DNA of 63,746 nt, counting the filler, from Reticulomyxa filosa (taxonomy: Eukaryota > Protista > Foraminifera): the NCBI GenBank assembly GCA_000512085.1. It is 25 parts of 25 records of this genome, joined end to end, with 100 filler letters (N's around TTAATTAATTAA, not from the genome) between each part and the next. Parts side by side here need not be neighbours in the genome. Positions count along the whole stretch, not along the records: positions 1 to 3,165 come from ASPP01009441.1; positions 3,266 to 5,105 come from ASPP01029626.1; positions 5,206 to 15,463 come from ASPP01009294.1; 22 more parts are not named here. One strand, given 5' to 3'. Below the pieces are notes generated by a model, which was given only the letters and a program-made list of their open reading frames with translations, made no database searches and was not told the origin of the DNA. The stretch's first letter is position 1, and every line of letters begins with the position of its first letter. Below, piece by piece: positions 1-12,374 of the stretch. A program made the translations under genes and the position numbers.

Positions 1-132
1 TTTTTTTTTTTTTTTTTTTTTTTTCACATTTTTAAAAAAAAAAAAATTATGCCTTTTTTTTTTTTTTGTTTGCTTCTTTTTTTCTAGCCCTCCCCCCTTT
101 TTTTAAATTTAAAAAAAAACTACTTATCGTAC

Positions 133-898
133 TTTAATGCTGCAATCCGAATTAATCAAAATATTTGCAGGCTTCAAGTCGCGATGGACAATGCCGGCCG
201 AATGCATATATAAGCAGGAATTACAGAGTTGATACATTATGTATTCCACGTGGAGAGATCTATTCGGGTTCATTGTCATCATCATCAAAACAAAGAAATA
301 ATAATATGTTGAAGGGAGGGAGAAAAAAAAGGAAGGAGCGAGGGGATGTTGTCCTTCTTTTTTTTTTTTTTTTTAAATAATAATAATAAAAAAAAAAGCA
401 GTTCTTTTTTACGTGAATTTTTGGTTTGATTTAATGACTTGTTTCAAATCAGTGTCAGCACATTCAAACACTAACGATCTGTACATGTCCAAACGTTATG
501 TTACATACGAAAGGGCAACACAAAAAAAATTATTCTACATTATGTAAAAGAAACATATTATGTATATATTATTAAAAAAAAAAAAAGGAACCCTCGCCCT
601 CTACACCAAACAGTTGAACAAAGGATTGCATGTCAGGCAGTGGAGGGATTATATCTAATAATTGTACGATACAGTTGTGACCATGAAATAGTTGCAGTAT
701 GTTCAATTCTCGCAATAATCGCTTGGCTTCATGTCTATTTTGAAATATGCGACTAATTGTTTTGATTGCAACACTTTGCCCCTTTTGAATATTTTTGTTC
801 ACATCTTGCAGTGCCTTCGCTTGGCAAACTACACCATAAGCTCCTTTTCCCAAAAAAGAACCTTTGTCACTATAACGGCCACGATAAGGATCAGTCAT
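133..898 (-). CDS. Mitogen-activated protein kinase, 5' part (exons ~898-612, 478-413, 259-133; truncated by window start)
   Basis: Spliced translation gives LGKGAYGVVC, VAIK, AKRLLREL, LVFECADTDLKQVIKSNQ and HSAGIVHRDLKPANILINSDCSIK; GT-AG introns keep frame. Confidence 0.92.
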
Positions 899-1322
899 AC
901 TTGATTAATTTGAAAATATATGCTCTTTTTGACGCAAACAACAAATAACAAAAGAAAAGGAAAACAATGTCAAGTTTTTTTTTTTTTTTGCAAGAACTTG
1001 ACACTTGTTACTTCACTCTAAAATAAAAAGCAGTGGCTACTAATAAAGTTTTTTTTTGTTGAAGTGTGGCAAAAAATGATATTCATAAATTAAAAATAAC
1101 AAGATTCCAAATGAAAGATCAGGATTTATGTTTGTTTTAGCACAATCTGTCCATCGAAACTAAGACTGGTTTAAAAAATTTTCTTCTAATTTTGCTTTTT
1201 TATAATTTTAATTACAAAAAAAAATTAAAGAAATTAATTTTTAAAAATGGTCTGACAATGTTAATCTTGCTGCGTGAAACCAGCAACAAAAAAAACTCTT
1301 TAGCAGTTCAAAGAGCCATTAA

Positions 1323-2303
1323 ATGTCGGGACGCCTCCAACGTCCCGAAAAGTCCCATGACAAATGTTGTAGTCAATGGATTATAGTAATATGTGTTTTT
1401 TTTGTCGTATTAGGGCCTCTGCTCTTCAAACTCCTTTCGAAGTTGAAGAAGGACTGCTTTTTTGAAGCAGCATTTGAGTCGTATTTGATACTGTTTGGAG
1501 AGCAAATATTTTTGTTTTTATGTTGCTCCACTGTTTGCGATACAGCAGCATATAAATGGCTGTCAATTTTATTGGAGATCGCTTATCCAATTGGAATGTA
1601 TTTCCACATGCTTGTGCTGTGGTGCAGGTGCAACGTCGATACATTGGCAATTAACAAGGTTATATTAATAGCGAGTTGTGTTGTTCAAACTCTATGGTGT
1701 GTTCGATTGACCTGCTTTTTGTGGATACGCATGCACTACGTATCCACGCAATATAATTGCTACATGCGCTACCAGCATGTTTTGCCACGAAAGTATTATT
1801 TGGCAGTCTATTTGTTATTACAATACCTAACTATTTTTGTAAATAGTTTGCCACATTTAGCAATGTTTGTGAGCGCTTCTCCAGCTCCAATGGAACAGCG
1901 CTATACGAGCAAAGAACTATTACAAGTGATCGGAGTGATTATTTGCACATGCGCATTAGCGATCACAACGACCGCAGATTGGCAGAAATTGCAACACCAA
2001 CTCCGTTATCCATCTCCCAATGATCGCTCCATTTTTTTATCCAGAAACTTTGGAGTCTGGAAATGTCATCCTCATATACACTATCTTGCAGAAATCGCGT
2101 TTTGGTGGGGATACACGCTCATTGGCGTCGTTAATGTGCTGTGGAGCAGGGCTTATTGGTGTTTGCTCACCTTACTTGGAGCCATCCACATCACCTTGGC
2201 ATTGTTGTGGTTTGCCAATCTTATCGACCCGCAAGTCTCTGCGCGCAAGAGAATTGGGTGGGGTCTTGGCATGCACAAAATTGCACATCAAGAATGGACT
2301 TAA
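1323..2303 (+). CDS. DUF1295 / steroid 5-alpha-reductase-like multi-pass membrane protein
   Basis: 326-aa ORF with several TM segments and ADWQK...FGVWKCHPHIHYLAEIAFWWG, matching the DUF1295 ADxQK...GLWxxSRHPNYFGE..WWG pattern. Confidence 0.75.
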   Translation: MSGRLQRPEKSHDKCCSQWIIVICVFFVVLGPLLFKLLSKLKKDCFFEAAFESYLILFGEQIFLFLCCSTVCDTAAYKWLSILLEIAYPIGMYFHMLVLWCRCNVDTLAINKVILIASCVVQTLWCVRLTCFLWIRMHYVSTQYNCYMRYQHVLPRKYYLAVYLLLQYLTIFVNSLPHLAMFVSASPAPMEQRYTSKELLQVIGVIICTCALAITTTADWQKLQHQLRYPSPNDRSIFLSRNFGVWKCHPHIHYLAEIAFWWGYTLIGVVNVLWSRAYWCLLTLLGAIHITLALLWFANLIDPQVSARKRIGWGLGMHKIAHQEWT

Positions 2304-3121
2304 ACAAAAGTCATGTAGTTTTTAATTAAAATGTTAACAGTAAACTTGATAATGCAAAATGCTATATATACATCAAAGAAATTGAAACAGTCTCTTTTTC
2401 GTATGCAAAGTTCAACACATTTCTTTCGAACATATAAAAAGTATTAATCAGTTCGTTAAAGAACAATTGAAGAATATACAGTGACGGATTTTCTGCGTCT
2501 AACAAAAAAAAAAAAAGAAGCTAGTATGCAAGTATACGCTATGTTCACAAGTTTTGAAGTTTGTACTTGAGGGATCATTTCACCTGAAGTGAGAGCTTCT
2601 GTTTATATGGCTCATTTTAAGGACATGTTGCTTGAAACGACCGAGAGTCGACAGAAAAAGAATGTACACATATAAATATGTTTGTGTTGAATAAAAAAAT
2701 AAAATAAAATGGAAGTGAGCTTTTCATTTAATTGTAGTCCCAGTTCAGTGGTGATAAATATGAACATGAATGCAAAAGCATACATTACTTGGGTATTGGA
2801 ACAAAGAAAGACAAGTCGAAATGTAGTATCACAGCCAGTGAAAGGAAAAACAGTAGCAACGGCAGTAAAAAAAAATGGAAATATTGGAACGAGTGATATA
2901 GTGATCACTACCGGACAGTGCCAAGTAAAAATTTATATCACTGCAAGGTACGCATCTCATACTTGTCCGATGTTGATGGCTAATGTCGGCATCGATCTTA
3001 TTAATCTCATTATCACTACCTCGATCATCACATCACTTCCAATCTGGGCGACAATTGTCTCATCTTTCACAGCAAGTTCTTTAGGTCAAACTTTTTCATA
3101 GGGGAATGTAGGTATGCGTGC

Positions 3122-3159
<38 letters not shown>

Positions 3160-3165
3160 GGGGAA

Positions 3166-3265
3166 NNNNNNNNNNNNNNNNNNNNNNNNNNNNNNNNNNN
3201 NNNNNNNNNTTAATTAATTAANNNNNNNNNNNNNNNNNNNNNNNNNNNNNNNNNNNNNNNNNNNN
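3166..3265. other. Artificial contig spacer (N44-TTAATTAATTAA-N44); first of 24. Others start at 5106, 15464, 19391, 22910, 25018, 26560, 27812, 29208, 30424, 32435, 34479, 36242, 37541, 40938, 44100, 45452, 47873, 50774, 52475, 54406, 59830, 61431, 62647
   Basis: Identical 100-nt layout each time; the palindromic core puts stops in all six frames; base composition changes abruptly across some spacers. Confidence 0.98.
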
Positions 3266-3311
3266 CTTTTTTTTTTGTGACAGCTCTTTTGCAAATCAAG
3301 TATACGGGACG

Positions 3312-3950
3312 GTGTATAAGCCTGCTGGTACAGCGAAGTCGACAGTGATATTTTGTCTCTGGCTTGTGTTCGTAATATATCCGAAAGTAATACTAAGGTC
3401 TTGGTCGAGGAATGGGTATATCGAGTTGCTGTTGCTGTATCGCAATTCACTGCATACAGTGGTGAACTTTTTAGATAGATATCAAGGCGCCGATCACTGC
3501 TTGGCATTTGATTTGGCGCAGGAGCAACACTATGACGGTGCGATGTTCCATGGACAGATCATCCGCGGCACACGCATGCCCGATCACCATCCAACGCTCC
3601 TCTCGAACATGTTCAATTTTGTGCAATTTTCATACACTTGGCTGAGTTACTTCGAAAGGAATGCCGCCGTGGTCCACTGCAAAGGCGGCAAGGGACGGAC
3701 GGGCATGACTGTGGCATATGCGTTTTACTTTTCCAATTTAATCAATGTAGTCAAGCTGATATTGAGACAAGCCACTCGAAGCAGTCTCGTTGATCGACTT
3801 CAAATGAACCAAGAAGACCAAGATCAAAATGGAGATCAAAGAACTGCCAGCAACAAATATATGCAGATGCTGATCAAAAAAACTTGCAATTGGAATCACA
3901 ATTGGCGTGGTCTCCAATGTATCGAGACAAACATATCTTCTTACAAGTGA
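3312..3950 (+). pseudogene. PTEN/TPTE-like phosphatase, degenerate
   Basis: LYRN, PDHHP and HCKGGKGRTG motifs present; similarity decays after the P-loop and the N-terminus is not PTEN-like. Confidence 0.65.
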
Positions 3951-5205
3951 AACGCGAAAATCAAACACCCTTCCCGCTCACCAACGTTGCCAAATTCAAA
4001 CACACTGTAAGTGAACACAAACTCAAACCTAAACACATCCAGCTTGCTCTCTGACTGTCGGTCTCACAAACTAACTTTGGCACATGTTTGGCGCTTGTAT
4101 TTCCAAATTCACTTCAGTTTCATATATATGTATATTTGTGTGTGTACTGCCACAGGACAAAGCGAGTGATATTGAACAAAACTACTGCATGTTTAATGTA
4201 ACGGTGAGTGGAAGTGCAAATCGAGACGATGAAGGCAAGAGGAAGTTGGACGAAGCAGCTAGTCCGTTGAATCCAGCGAGTGACGAAACTCTGATGAATA
4301 TACTAGATTTAGTCAAAGCAAAACTTTGTGGTAAATCGAAACCAATGGAATATTACTTTCACTGTCATCACTGCACGAGGTAGACAATGTCGCAAATGTA
4401 TGCTTGGATAAAACCAAGAAAAATAATGTAGTTACAGTGCTAACAAATGCAAGTTGAAAGGATACCTTACAGACATTGCAAAGATCAATTGACTATGAAT
4501 TCAACGATAGCAATGGCAATCATTATCACCTTCGTTGCTCTTGGATTAGTTCTAGCGAACACGTTGCGAAAATCCTTAATGCTGATATTGCAAAGACGAT
4601 TGTATTTTCAAAAAACAAAAAACAAAAATTCGAAATTTTTAAAATATTTGCCAAAAAAAGATATAAAGATATTCTAAAAAAGTTTATCACTTCTGTGGAT
4701 TTATATGTGGTGCAGACTGCTTCAAACAATGATAGTATTCTTATACATACAAATATTGATTATAGAAAACTATCTTTATCTGCTTCTTCTATCACAGTCA
4801 TTTTCTTTTTCAACTATACGTTATTTAAACTTCTTTTTTTTTATCATTTGAAACACGATTTCCATTTTGATCATTATTGTTGCTAGCCACATCACTTGAC
4901 ACTAGAGCATTTTTCACATATGATGTTGTATTGATCGTTGCTATCAACAGCTCCAAGGGAAGTTCCTCTTTGTGATTGAGTGACATCAAGTGATTTCAAT
5001 GCTATAAAAATATAGTAAATACATAGACATAAATATATATTTATGTCATGATATGAATCCGAGCTATACGTATAAGAGTATGGATTACATTATTCTTTTT
5101 TTTTTNNNNNNNNNNNNNNNNNNNNNNNNNNNNNNNNNNNNNNNNNNNNTTAATTAATTAANNNNNNNNNNNNNNNNNNNNNNNNNNNNNNNNNNNNNNN
5201 NNNNN

Positions 5206-5310
5206 GTAGGAACTTTAGTAGGAACTTTGGTGGGGGCTTTAGTGGTTGGAACTTTGGTAGGAACTTTGGTAGGGCGCCGCGTAGGATTTGCAGTGGGACG
5301 GGTCGGAGAC
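5206..5310 (-). repeat. Coding PTKV/PTRP tandem repeats (mucin-like stalk)
   Basis: Imperfect 12-nt units gtaggaacttt(a/g) translating to PTRPTANPTRRPTKVPTKVPTTKAPTKVPTKVP. Confidence 0.85.
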
Positions 5311-6446
5311 ACTGTTGGCAGGGAATATGAAGTACAGGATGAACTGACTACCGCGGACTTGCAAACATAGTTAGTTATGTCATACGTGACAACGACACAA
5401 CCTTTTGAAGGACCGCCTGGACTGGTGATGTTTCGGAGTGGACATGTAATGGTTACTCCTTCTACATAGAGTTTGTCTATTGTGTTATTTTTGTTTTCAT
5501 TTTTTTTTTTTTTAATAAAAAAACTAGTCACCTCCCTTTGAAAAAAAAAAAAAAACGAACCGATTGAAAAATAGTCAGCATATTTATAGACAAAAATCAT
5601 CTTGTTCAATTTGCCCATGGCGGTAAATCGCTCGGTATACTTGATCCATTCGTTGTTATATCGTCGTGTTGTTTTCTTAAACAAACTTGAACAGGTGCCG
5701 CGGCCTCCGCAAAGTTTCATCCAAAACGGATTTGATGTGCCATTATTCGAGACGAGACTGGTATGAAACCCGTACGAATACACCCCCGGTGCGTCGCACA
5801 ACATGTCCGTAGTACAACTTGTACATGACTTCATGCCCCACCCACCATTATATGAACTGTCGTATGGAAACTGCATGCCACATAACGCGGTTCCTGGTTC
5901 CTTTTTTTTTTTTTTTTTTTTGTGTGTGTATATAACGCAATGTCCTCACTTCATCCCCATTTTTTTAAAAACCTTTCATTTGAGTACGTACATATTGTAT
6001 ACGTATTTACAAAAAAAAAATACAGCAGTCCAGTACGTACATAATGACGCATACACACATATACAACAACAAAAACTACAACTCACCCCGTATGCCCAAT
6101 TCACATAAGATCCATATGCTTGCCCGTCTGACCATATGTAGCTACCTGAAGGCTTTTCCAAGCCTATCCATGCGTAATAGCCGTCACTTTCCGCGTGATC
6201 GTAGCGTGTTCACCTCATTTTGCAGAGTGGACGATGTTATTGCTGCCAAGTCTGTTCCAAACTCTGACACGCAATAAGACTGAGCCTGAGACCATGTTCG
6301 GCAGATATCATCATCCCATACTAGTATGAAGTCTTCATCAACGTTAATGAACAAACAGTACAAAAACTAGACCAAATCCATTTAAAATACAAAAAGCAAA
6401 CAAAGACGAAACTGGTTGAGTTTGCTGTCCCATAACTTGATCCCAT
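5206..6446 (-). CDS. Secreted/surface C-type lectin domain protein with PLAT-like domain and Pro/Thr/Lys stalk (one +1 frameshift near 6188; 3' truncated)
   Basis: RTWSQAQSYC...LAAI...AWIGL...YIWSDG...YVNWAYG|EPG...C...W...C...LCD is a CTLD; followed by YSYGFHTS..NGTSNPFWMKLCG and PTKV repeats; GT-AG introns. Confidence 0.8.
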
Positions 6447-7080
6447 ATCAAGAATTCAGCGAAGTTATAAGTTATAGTGAGAGCGATATATAAAACAACA
6501 ACCTAGTTTTTTTTGCTTAAAAGTTCTTTCTTTTAGATCGAATGCTGTGTACTCACTACCAATTTGACGTACACATAAAGCATTTTTCTGTAATTGTTTA
6601 CATTATGTGTGAAATCGTTTGATCTACAAGAGAAAAATTGAAAATGTAACGTATCTTTTCTTAAAAACCCCTGAAACAACGTAAAAAATTTTGGTTAAAC
6701 GGATTTTTCATGTTGAAAATTGATTATCTCGTAAGTTGTCGTCTAGATGTCAGCTTTTTTTTGCGTTCTACTAAGTATGAGGATTTTGTGTATGAATTTA
6801 CGTACACACAAAGGCTGCGACGTTGTCACAAATGGAAATCTTTATCTCTACGTATTGTTCTAGTGGAAGGGCGTTTGGGTTTAACGGAAAACAAAGATAC
6901 AATGCCTTTGGTCCCAAGAGACAAAGTCAATCCAATGATGTGACGTTTAGATATATTGTAGACGTGCTGACAAACGCGTAACGCGTACCGCTTAAACGTT
7001 AAGCACATCTAACGCCACGTGTAAATTTATTAGTATAATTTGGGATATATCGAACGACAGAATGTTCGTGATATTTTTGT

Positions 7081-7453
7081 AGGAGCAATTAATTCCAACA
7101 ATCCTTGCAGCGATTATGGCAATTTATAAATAACACTGACGCATGATTGCATCATGAAACAATTGTCACAATGGCATGTAGTGAATAGTGCATTAGAATA
7201 CAATAATTAGCAAGAATTCTGTGGCACAAGCCAAAGTTGGTGTTCTTAGACGAATGCACAAGTGATTTGGATGAATGGCACGAAAATATAATCTCGAACA
7301 ACTATTAAAAAATAATAGTGCATTTATTACATTGGTCACAGACACTCGTTATTGAAATACCATCACTGTGTTCTGTACATTGCAGGAGATGGAAACTGGG
7401 AGTTATTATCTCGACAAGAATACATGAATACTTGTCTGCTTCCTGAGAAATAA
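7081..7453 (+). pseudogene. ABCD-family ABC transporter nucleotide-binding domain remnant
   Basis: LARILWHKPKLVFLDECTSDLD (Walker B) and IGHRHSLLKYHHCVLYIAGDGNW lie in different frames with two single-base deletions; upstream part is degraded. Confidence 0.75.
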
Positions 7454-10400
7454 CTCAATCCACAGAAGGTCATTATACTTGCTGTGAAAAAGGATTACAT
7501 ATTTTTCTTTTATATCATCTCGTGTTACTTTGCTTATGCACTTCCTCAATTTACTTTTTACTCATTTGAGTTAGGCGTGGAGCTATCGATAGTTGTATTT
7601 TTGTTTGTTTTTTGGTTTATAAAAAAAAATCATTTATTTTGTAAACATATCGCCCTGACATTTTCTCAGTTAAAATCAATGGGTGCAAAATAATTTGATA
7701 TTTATAAAGACACTTAATTTAAATTTTGTTGACCATTTTTTTTTAATGCAAAAAAATTGTTGCGTTCGACACCCTTCAGCAAAAAGATAAAAAATTATAA
7801 TGAGTTGAAAATCTTTGTGGATGTCGACGACAGGGCTTGTGTTGCCCCCTTTTTTTTCAAATAAGAAAAAATTAAACAAAACAGTGCAAATCGCACAACA
7901 AAAAACTAAACTACACTTTCAAAAAAAAAGAAAAACATTTGAGACAAACAACACACTACCTTGGACGTGTTTTCAATCTTTGAACCTCACTTGCGCTAGC
8001 CTGTCGACATCACATGCTCAACTTTTCCATTTGTTCGACGGACGATTTTTGGTTCTTTGAAGATCTATATATCATAATGCATTGGCCATACAACTCGTGT
8101 TCACATTGTTTTATGAGATATCATACAAATAGAAACAGTTATACAAAAAAAAGTACCTAATTGACTTTGGTTTTCCTTTCAATCCGTTATGAACAATTAT
8201 ACTTTTTTAAAAGTATACGCATACAAATAAAAACAGCAACATCGACTTTCCACCCGATACGTGCAATCAAGTGATACTGATTTATTCATTGTTGGACAAA
8301 TAGCAAATATTTGTATGGAGAAAATGTGGGCGCATGTGCGTGTTGTCGTGGAGAATAGAATTCGATCTTTTTACAATTTGAATTATGATTGCCACGTTAT
8401 TTGCTTTCTTGAACCGCCACTATTGATGTTACTATTACTATTGCTGTTGTCACTTTAGCATAAATGGCAATAGAACAACAACACCGTGCCCATATGCTTC
8501 AAGTGAATTCAGACCAGAAGCAGCCTTCATATCGTATACTTGAATGAAGAGACTCTTTCCATCCTGGTCGCACACTTTAATATCCACTTCACAAATTCAA
8601 ATATCTATAAATATTTCAAGCGACAAATCTAAGATCGAGTACGTATATTGTTTGCTTACATTGCTGTTATTGTATTGATTACATAAATAAGAGATAATTA
8701 AACTTTTCAAGCGATGGGCCCAACAAGACTTTGATGATAAGAATATGAAATGGGAGAACAATTACGCGCAAATGACTTGTCGCCGTTCAGTTGCTTCTAT
8801 ATCTAGATTTTGGAGATTGCAACGCTTCCAATTGGTTCTTATGCCTTGTGGCAATGAGATCGTCGCCACTTCCCTTTTCTTTTCATTCTGCCCAAGTTCT
8901 TGCACGTGCTTTCCACATTGTAATTGTTATTGGTGCTGCTGCCGTTGCTATGGTTGAGATAAGGCATAGCACATAACATTCTTTTTTTTATCCTTGGGGC
9001 CATCATGTACGTATAGTTTCGACGATCACTGCAACGTATATTTCCATAAAAACTTTTTGTTGGATCATTTTTTTTTGGATCTTCGTTTTTTGCTCTTTTC
9101 GATTCCATGATCACCTTTTCTCCCAAGTGACTCGCTGATTGTTCTCAGAACCTATTTTTATGTTTGTACATATAAGTTTTTTTTAAGAAGTTTTTTGATT
9201 TATTTTGTCTAATCCAAAAATACAAACTATTTATTAGGACAACTTTTGGACCTTTCGACTAATTAAATAACATCAATACATTAGCCCGCATTCTTATCCG
9301 CTTTTGGCCACTCGAACGACTTTTGTTGGCAATCATATTCCAACAATTTTGTATCGATTACCATACTTTTCCGCTTGTTGTCTTTGCCACTTGCCACCGA
9401 AATCTTTTATAGTCAGACGAGTCCAATTGGTAATAATTGCTAGATCGTCAAGTCTTTCACAGTAAATAAAGTGTCATTGCGCGCGTATGTCAAGACACTT
9501 TATATCACTTTGACTGATTCCCGTCCAATATATCATTTCTAAAATTTCTAACTGTTCAACATCATATTGTTGATATCAAAGTTATTGAGATTGAACAAGA
9601 GATTGGGATGTACGTATAACAATTTGCATTATCATAATGACCATGATTTTTCATCTCCCCAAATCACCAACGTATCTTTATGGTGACTTGAATAACTTTT
9701 TCACCACTTTTCTGCCGGACTCCAACGAATATTATTATCACTAATCCACTTCTTCACCAATACGTATACATGTTTCCAATGTCCTTTTTCTACTTTTTTT
9801 CCCCCTTTTTCATTCTTTTTGTTTCCAAATTACATATTTACACACAGACAAGTCTACAATTATATACTTGTTTTATTAAATAAAAAAAAAGACATTTTAC
9901 ACGATTTATCGAAACTTTTGCGGCCAAAGGAATAACATCGATATTGATTATCCAACTACGCACACACGACCCAATGTTGAACAGCAGCTTGATAATGACC
10001 AGGAACAACTTGCAACCAATTTCAACGACCGGAACACGACTTGCACGAACCCAACTTGATAACGACTGGAACAAAATTTGCAAACGACCAGGAACTCAAC
10101 ACGCCAGCTGCAACAACGCTAATAATCCAACTTGCACGACAACACCCAAAAGTCCAATAAGGGTAACGTTGTCAGTACTCCAAGTGGTACGAATATTCTC
10201 CAAGTTTTTTCCACTATCATCAATACACATAACAACATTTTTTAAATCAGTTTCATAAAATTATATAAAAGTTTGATTTACGCATACATAATTTTTTCAA
10301 CTTACTTAACACATGACCAGACAGCAACACGTTCCGTATACAGCACGTTCCTATATATTGTCAAATATTTTTTAAAAAATAAATCACAAATAAAAAAATA

Positions 10401-11010
10401 TTTAACTTGACTCTTGAGCAAAAAATTTAAAAAATCGATTTTGTTCTTTTTTTTCTTTTTTCTTTTCTTTTCTTTTTACATTTCTTATTGTTATTTTTCT
10501 TTCTCTTTTTTTTAATTTTTTTCTTTCGTTTTTTTCTTTTTTCTTTTCTTTTGTTTTCATTTTTTTTTCTTTATTATTTTATTTTCAATAAAATTTTTTT
10601 CACATTTTTTCCAACACTTTTTAAATTATTTTTTCCCCATAATTTTTCAAAATTATTTTCCAAACATTTTTTCCCCCTTTTCAACAAATTTTTTCCATAA
10701 TCCCATCATTTCCCCAAACATTTTTATCAAAAAAAATAAAATATCATTTTGAATTGATTCTTGTACCTGTTCAAATGACAAATAAGTTTTTTTATTTTTT
10801 AAAGAAAAAAAAAAAAATTTAACTTTGATCGACGGAGTCAAGCTCCAATTACCAATAAATTTCCTTTTTTTTCTTTTTTTAAAAAAAAAAGACATTTTTT
10901 TTAAGTGATGATACACAAAAAATTTTTATTTATGACGGGGGCATGCCTATTGGCAAACACAAACAAAATCAATTTTTATAATAAAACAAAAACTTATAAA
11001 AATATACAAA

Positions 11011-11305
11011 CCCTTTCATTTTTTTTTTCATGCAGGGTGGACTTCAACCCCATCTTTTTTCTTTGCAGTGAAGGGGAGGTAAAACACATTTTTTTTTCGA
11101 GACTGTCAACGGCTGTTTCAAACAAATCAAAGTTTAATACATTTAATAAATAAATATATAGATCACAAACCTTTGTGACTCCTTTCGGAGACGGGGAGCC
11201 GTGTCCCATTTATCATTTTTTTTTCTTTTGCAGAAGGTTGCACAGCACCCAAATAACAATTCATTTTTTTTTAAATGATAGTCTGTTCAAAACACAAACA
11301 AACAG
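11011..11305. repeat. Dispersed non-coding element, copy A (homologous to reverse complement of 45185-45451)
   Basis: Shared blocks in the same order: gggtggacttcaaccccat, a G-run, exact 19-mer actcctttcggagacgggg, ctgtt..aaaacaca. Confidence 0.75.
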
Positions 11306-12374
11306 ACTTCTTCTTCAGTTGAAAAAATATTTAAAAAATACAAAAAACATACTGTTGCAAAGGTTGGACTGTGATGGCAATATCACCCAAATACAAGTTG
11401 GCACAAGTGAAGACGACAAAAAAGAAAGAAAAAACCCTTTTTTGTTCAGTAAAATGTAATGTGTTTAAAAAAAGATGTAAAATTGCAATTTTTGAAATAT
11501 TTTGATATTTTAGACGAAATTACTTAAAAAAAGTAAAGAATTGTTGACATTTTTGATAACATTTCATTTCCAAAAGCAATTTAGTGACACATAATTGAAA
11601 GTATAATTGTCTTGTGGAATGAACATTTAATGAAATATTATTCACACCTTTTTCTTTGAATAATTTTTTTTCTGAAAGTGAAGTTTTCCTTTTTTTCAAA
11701 AAAAGTTCTGCTTCTGCAAATGTGGTTTGGCTCTTTTCTCTTCAAACAATCTAACAAGCCAAACTTACATAGCATGGCTTTGTTAACAGATTTGGGATGC
11801 ATAGTATCACAGAGTTCTCTAAAATTTGCACAGCTTCCTTATAATACAATATTAAACTGTCCGTAGCTAGGAGGAAAAACTTTAGAATATTGGTTTTGCT
11901 GTTGTTTTTTTCATCTCGGTGTTTATAGTGTTTTAAATTTTTGATCATTGCTTGTGAAGATAGCGGCAGTACGGTACAGTTGCAGCCATATTTGAACTGA
12001 AGAAAGCTAGAAGATTAAAAAATCACTGACAAAATTATTTGTTTTCTTTGAATAAATGCAAATGTGATCAATCGTTTTAGTGTGTTGAAAGCAAATTAGC
12101 GAATCAAACAAATATTTCTTCTCAAGAGTTGCTCTTCATCATTTCCTTGGCATATATTTTCAATAGTAAACAAACTTTGATAGTTACAAGTGTTTGTAAT
12201 AAAGTGCAAAACGGAAAATTCAAGACGTGAAGTTACAGAGGATTCAATAAATCTAAGATTATGCGTATTTTGCGTATAAAGTATAACATAAAATTTGGAG
12301 AAAAAGAGATTGAAAAGAAAAAAGGAAAAAATATCGCCGTAGAACAATCTTTAAGGTTAATCTTTTAACGAAAG

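Noticed and set aside
2709-3101. 130-aa + strand ORF as a gene
   Set aside because: No recognisable motif and ambiguous frame; cannot support a call
3210-3221. Recurring palindrome TTAATTAATTAA as a biological repeat or recombination site
   Set aside because: Always centred in exactly 88 Ns; artificial six-frame stop linker
10488-10916. Phe- or Lys-rich ORFs
   Set aside because: Products of poly-T/poly-A low-complexity DNA
11195-11225. GAGCCGTGT as group II intron domain V
   Set aside because: No GNRA-capped D5 stem or 3' ACGGTTC arm follows
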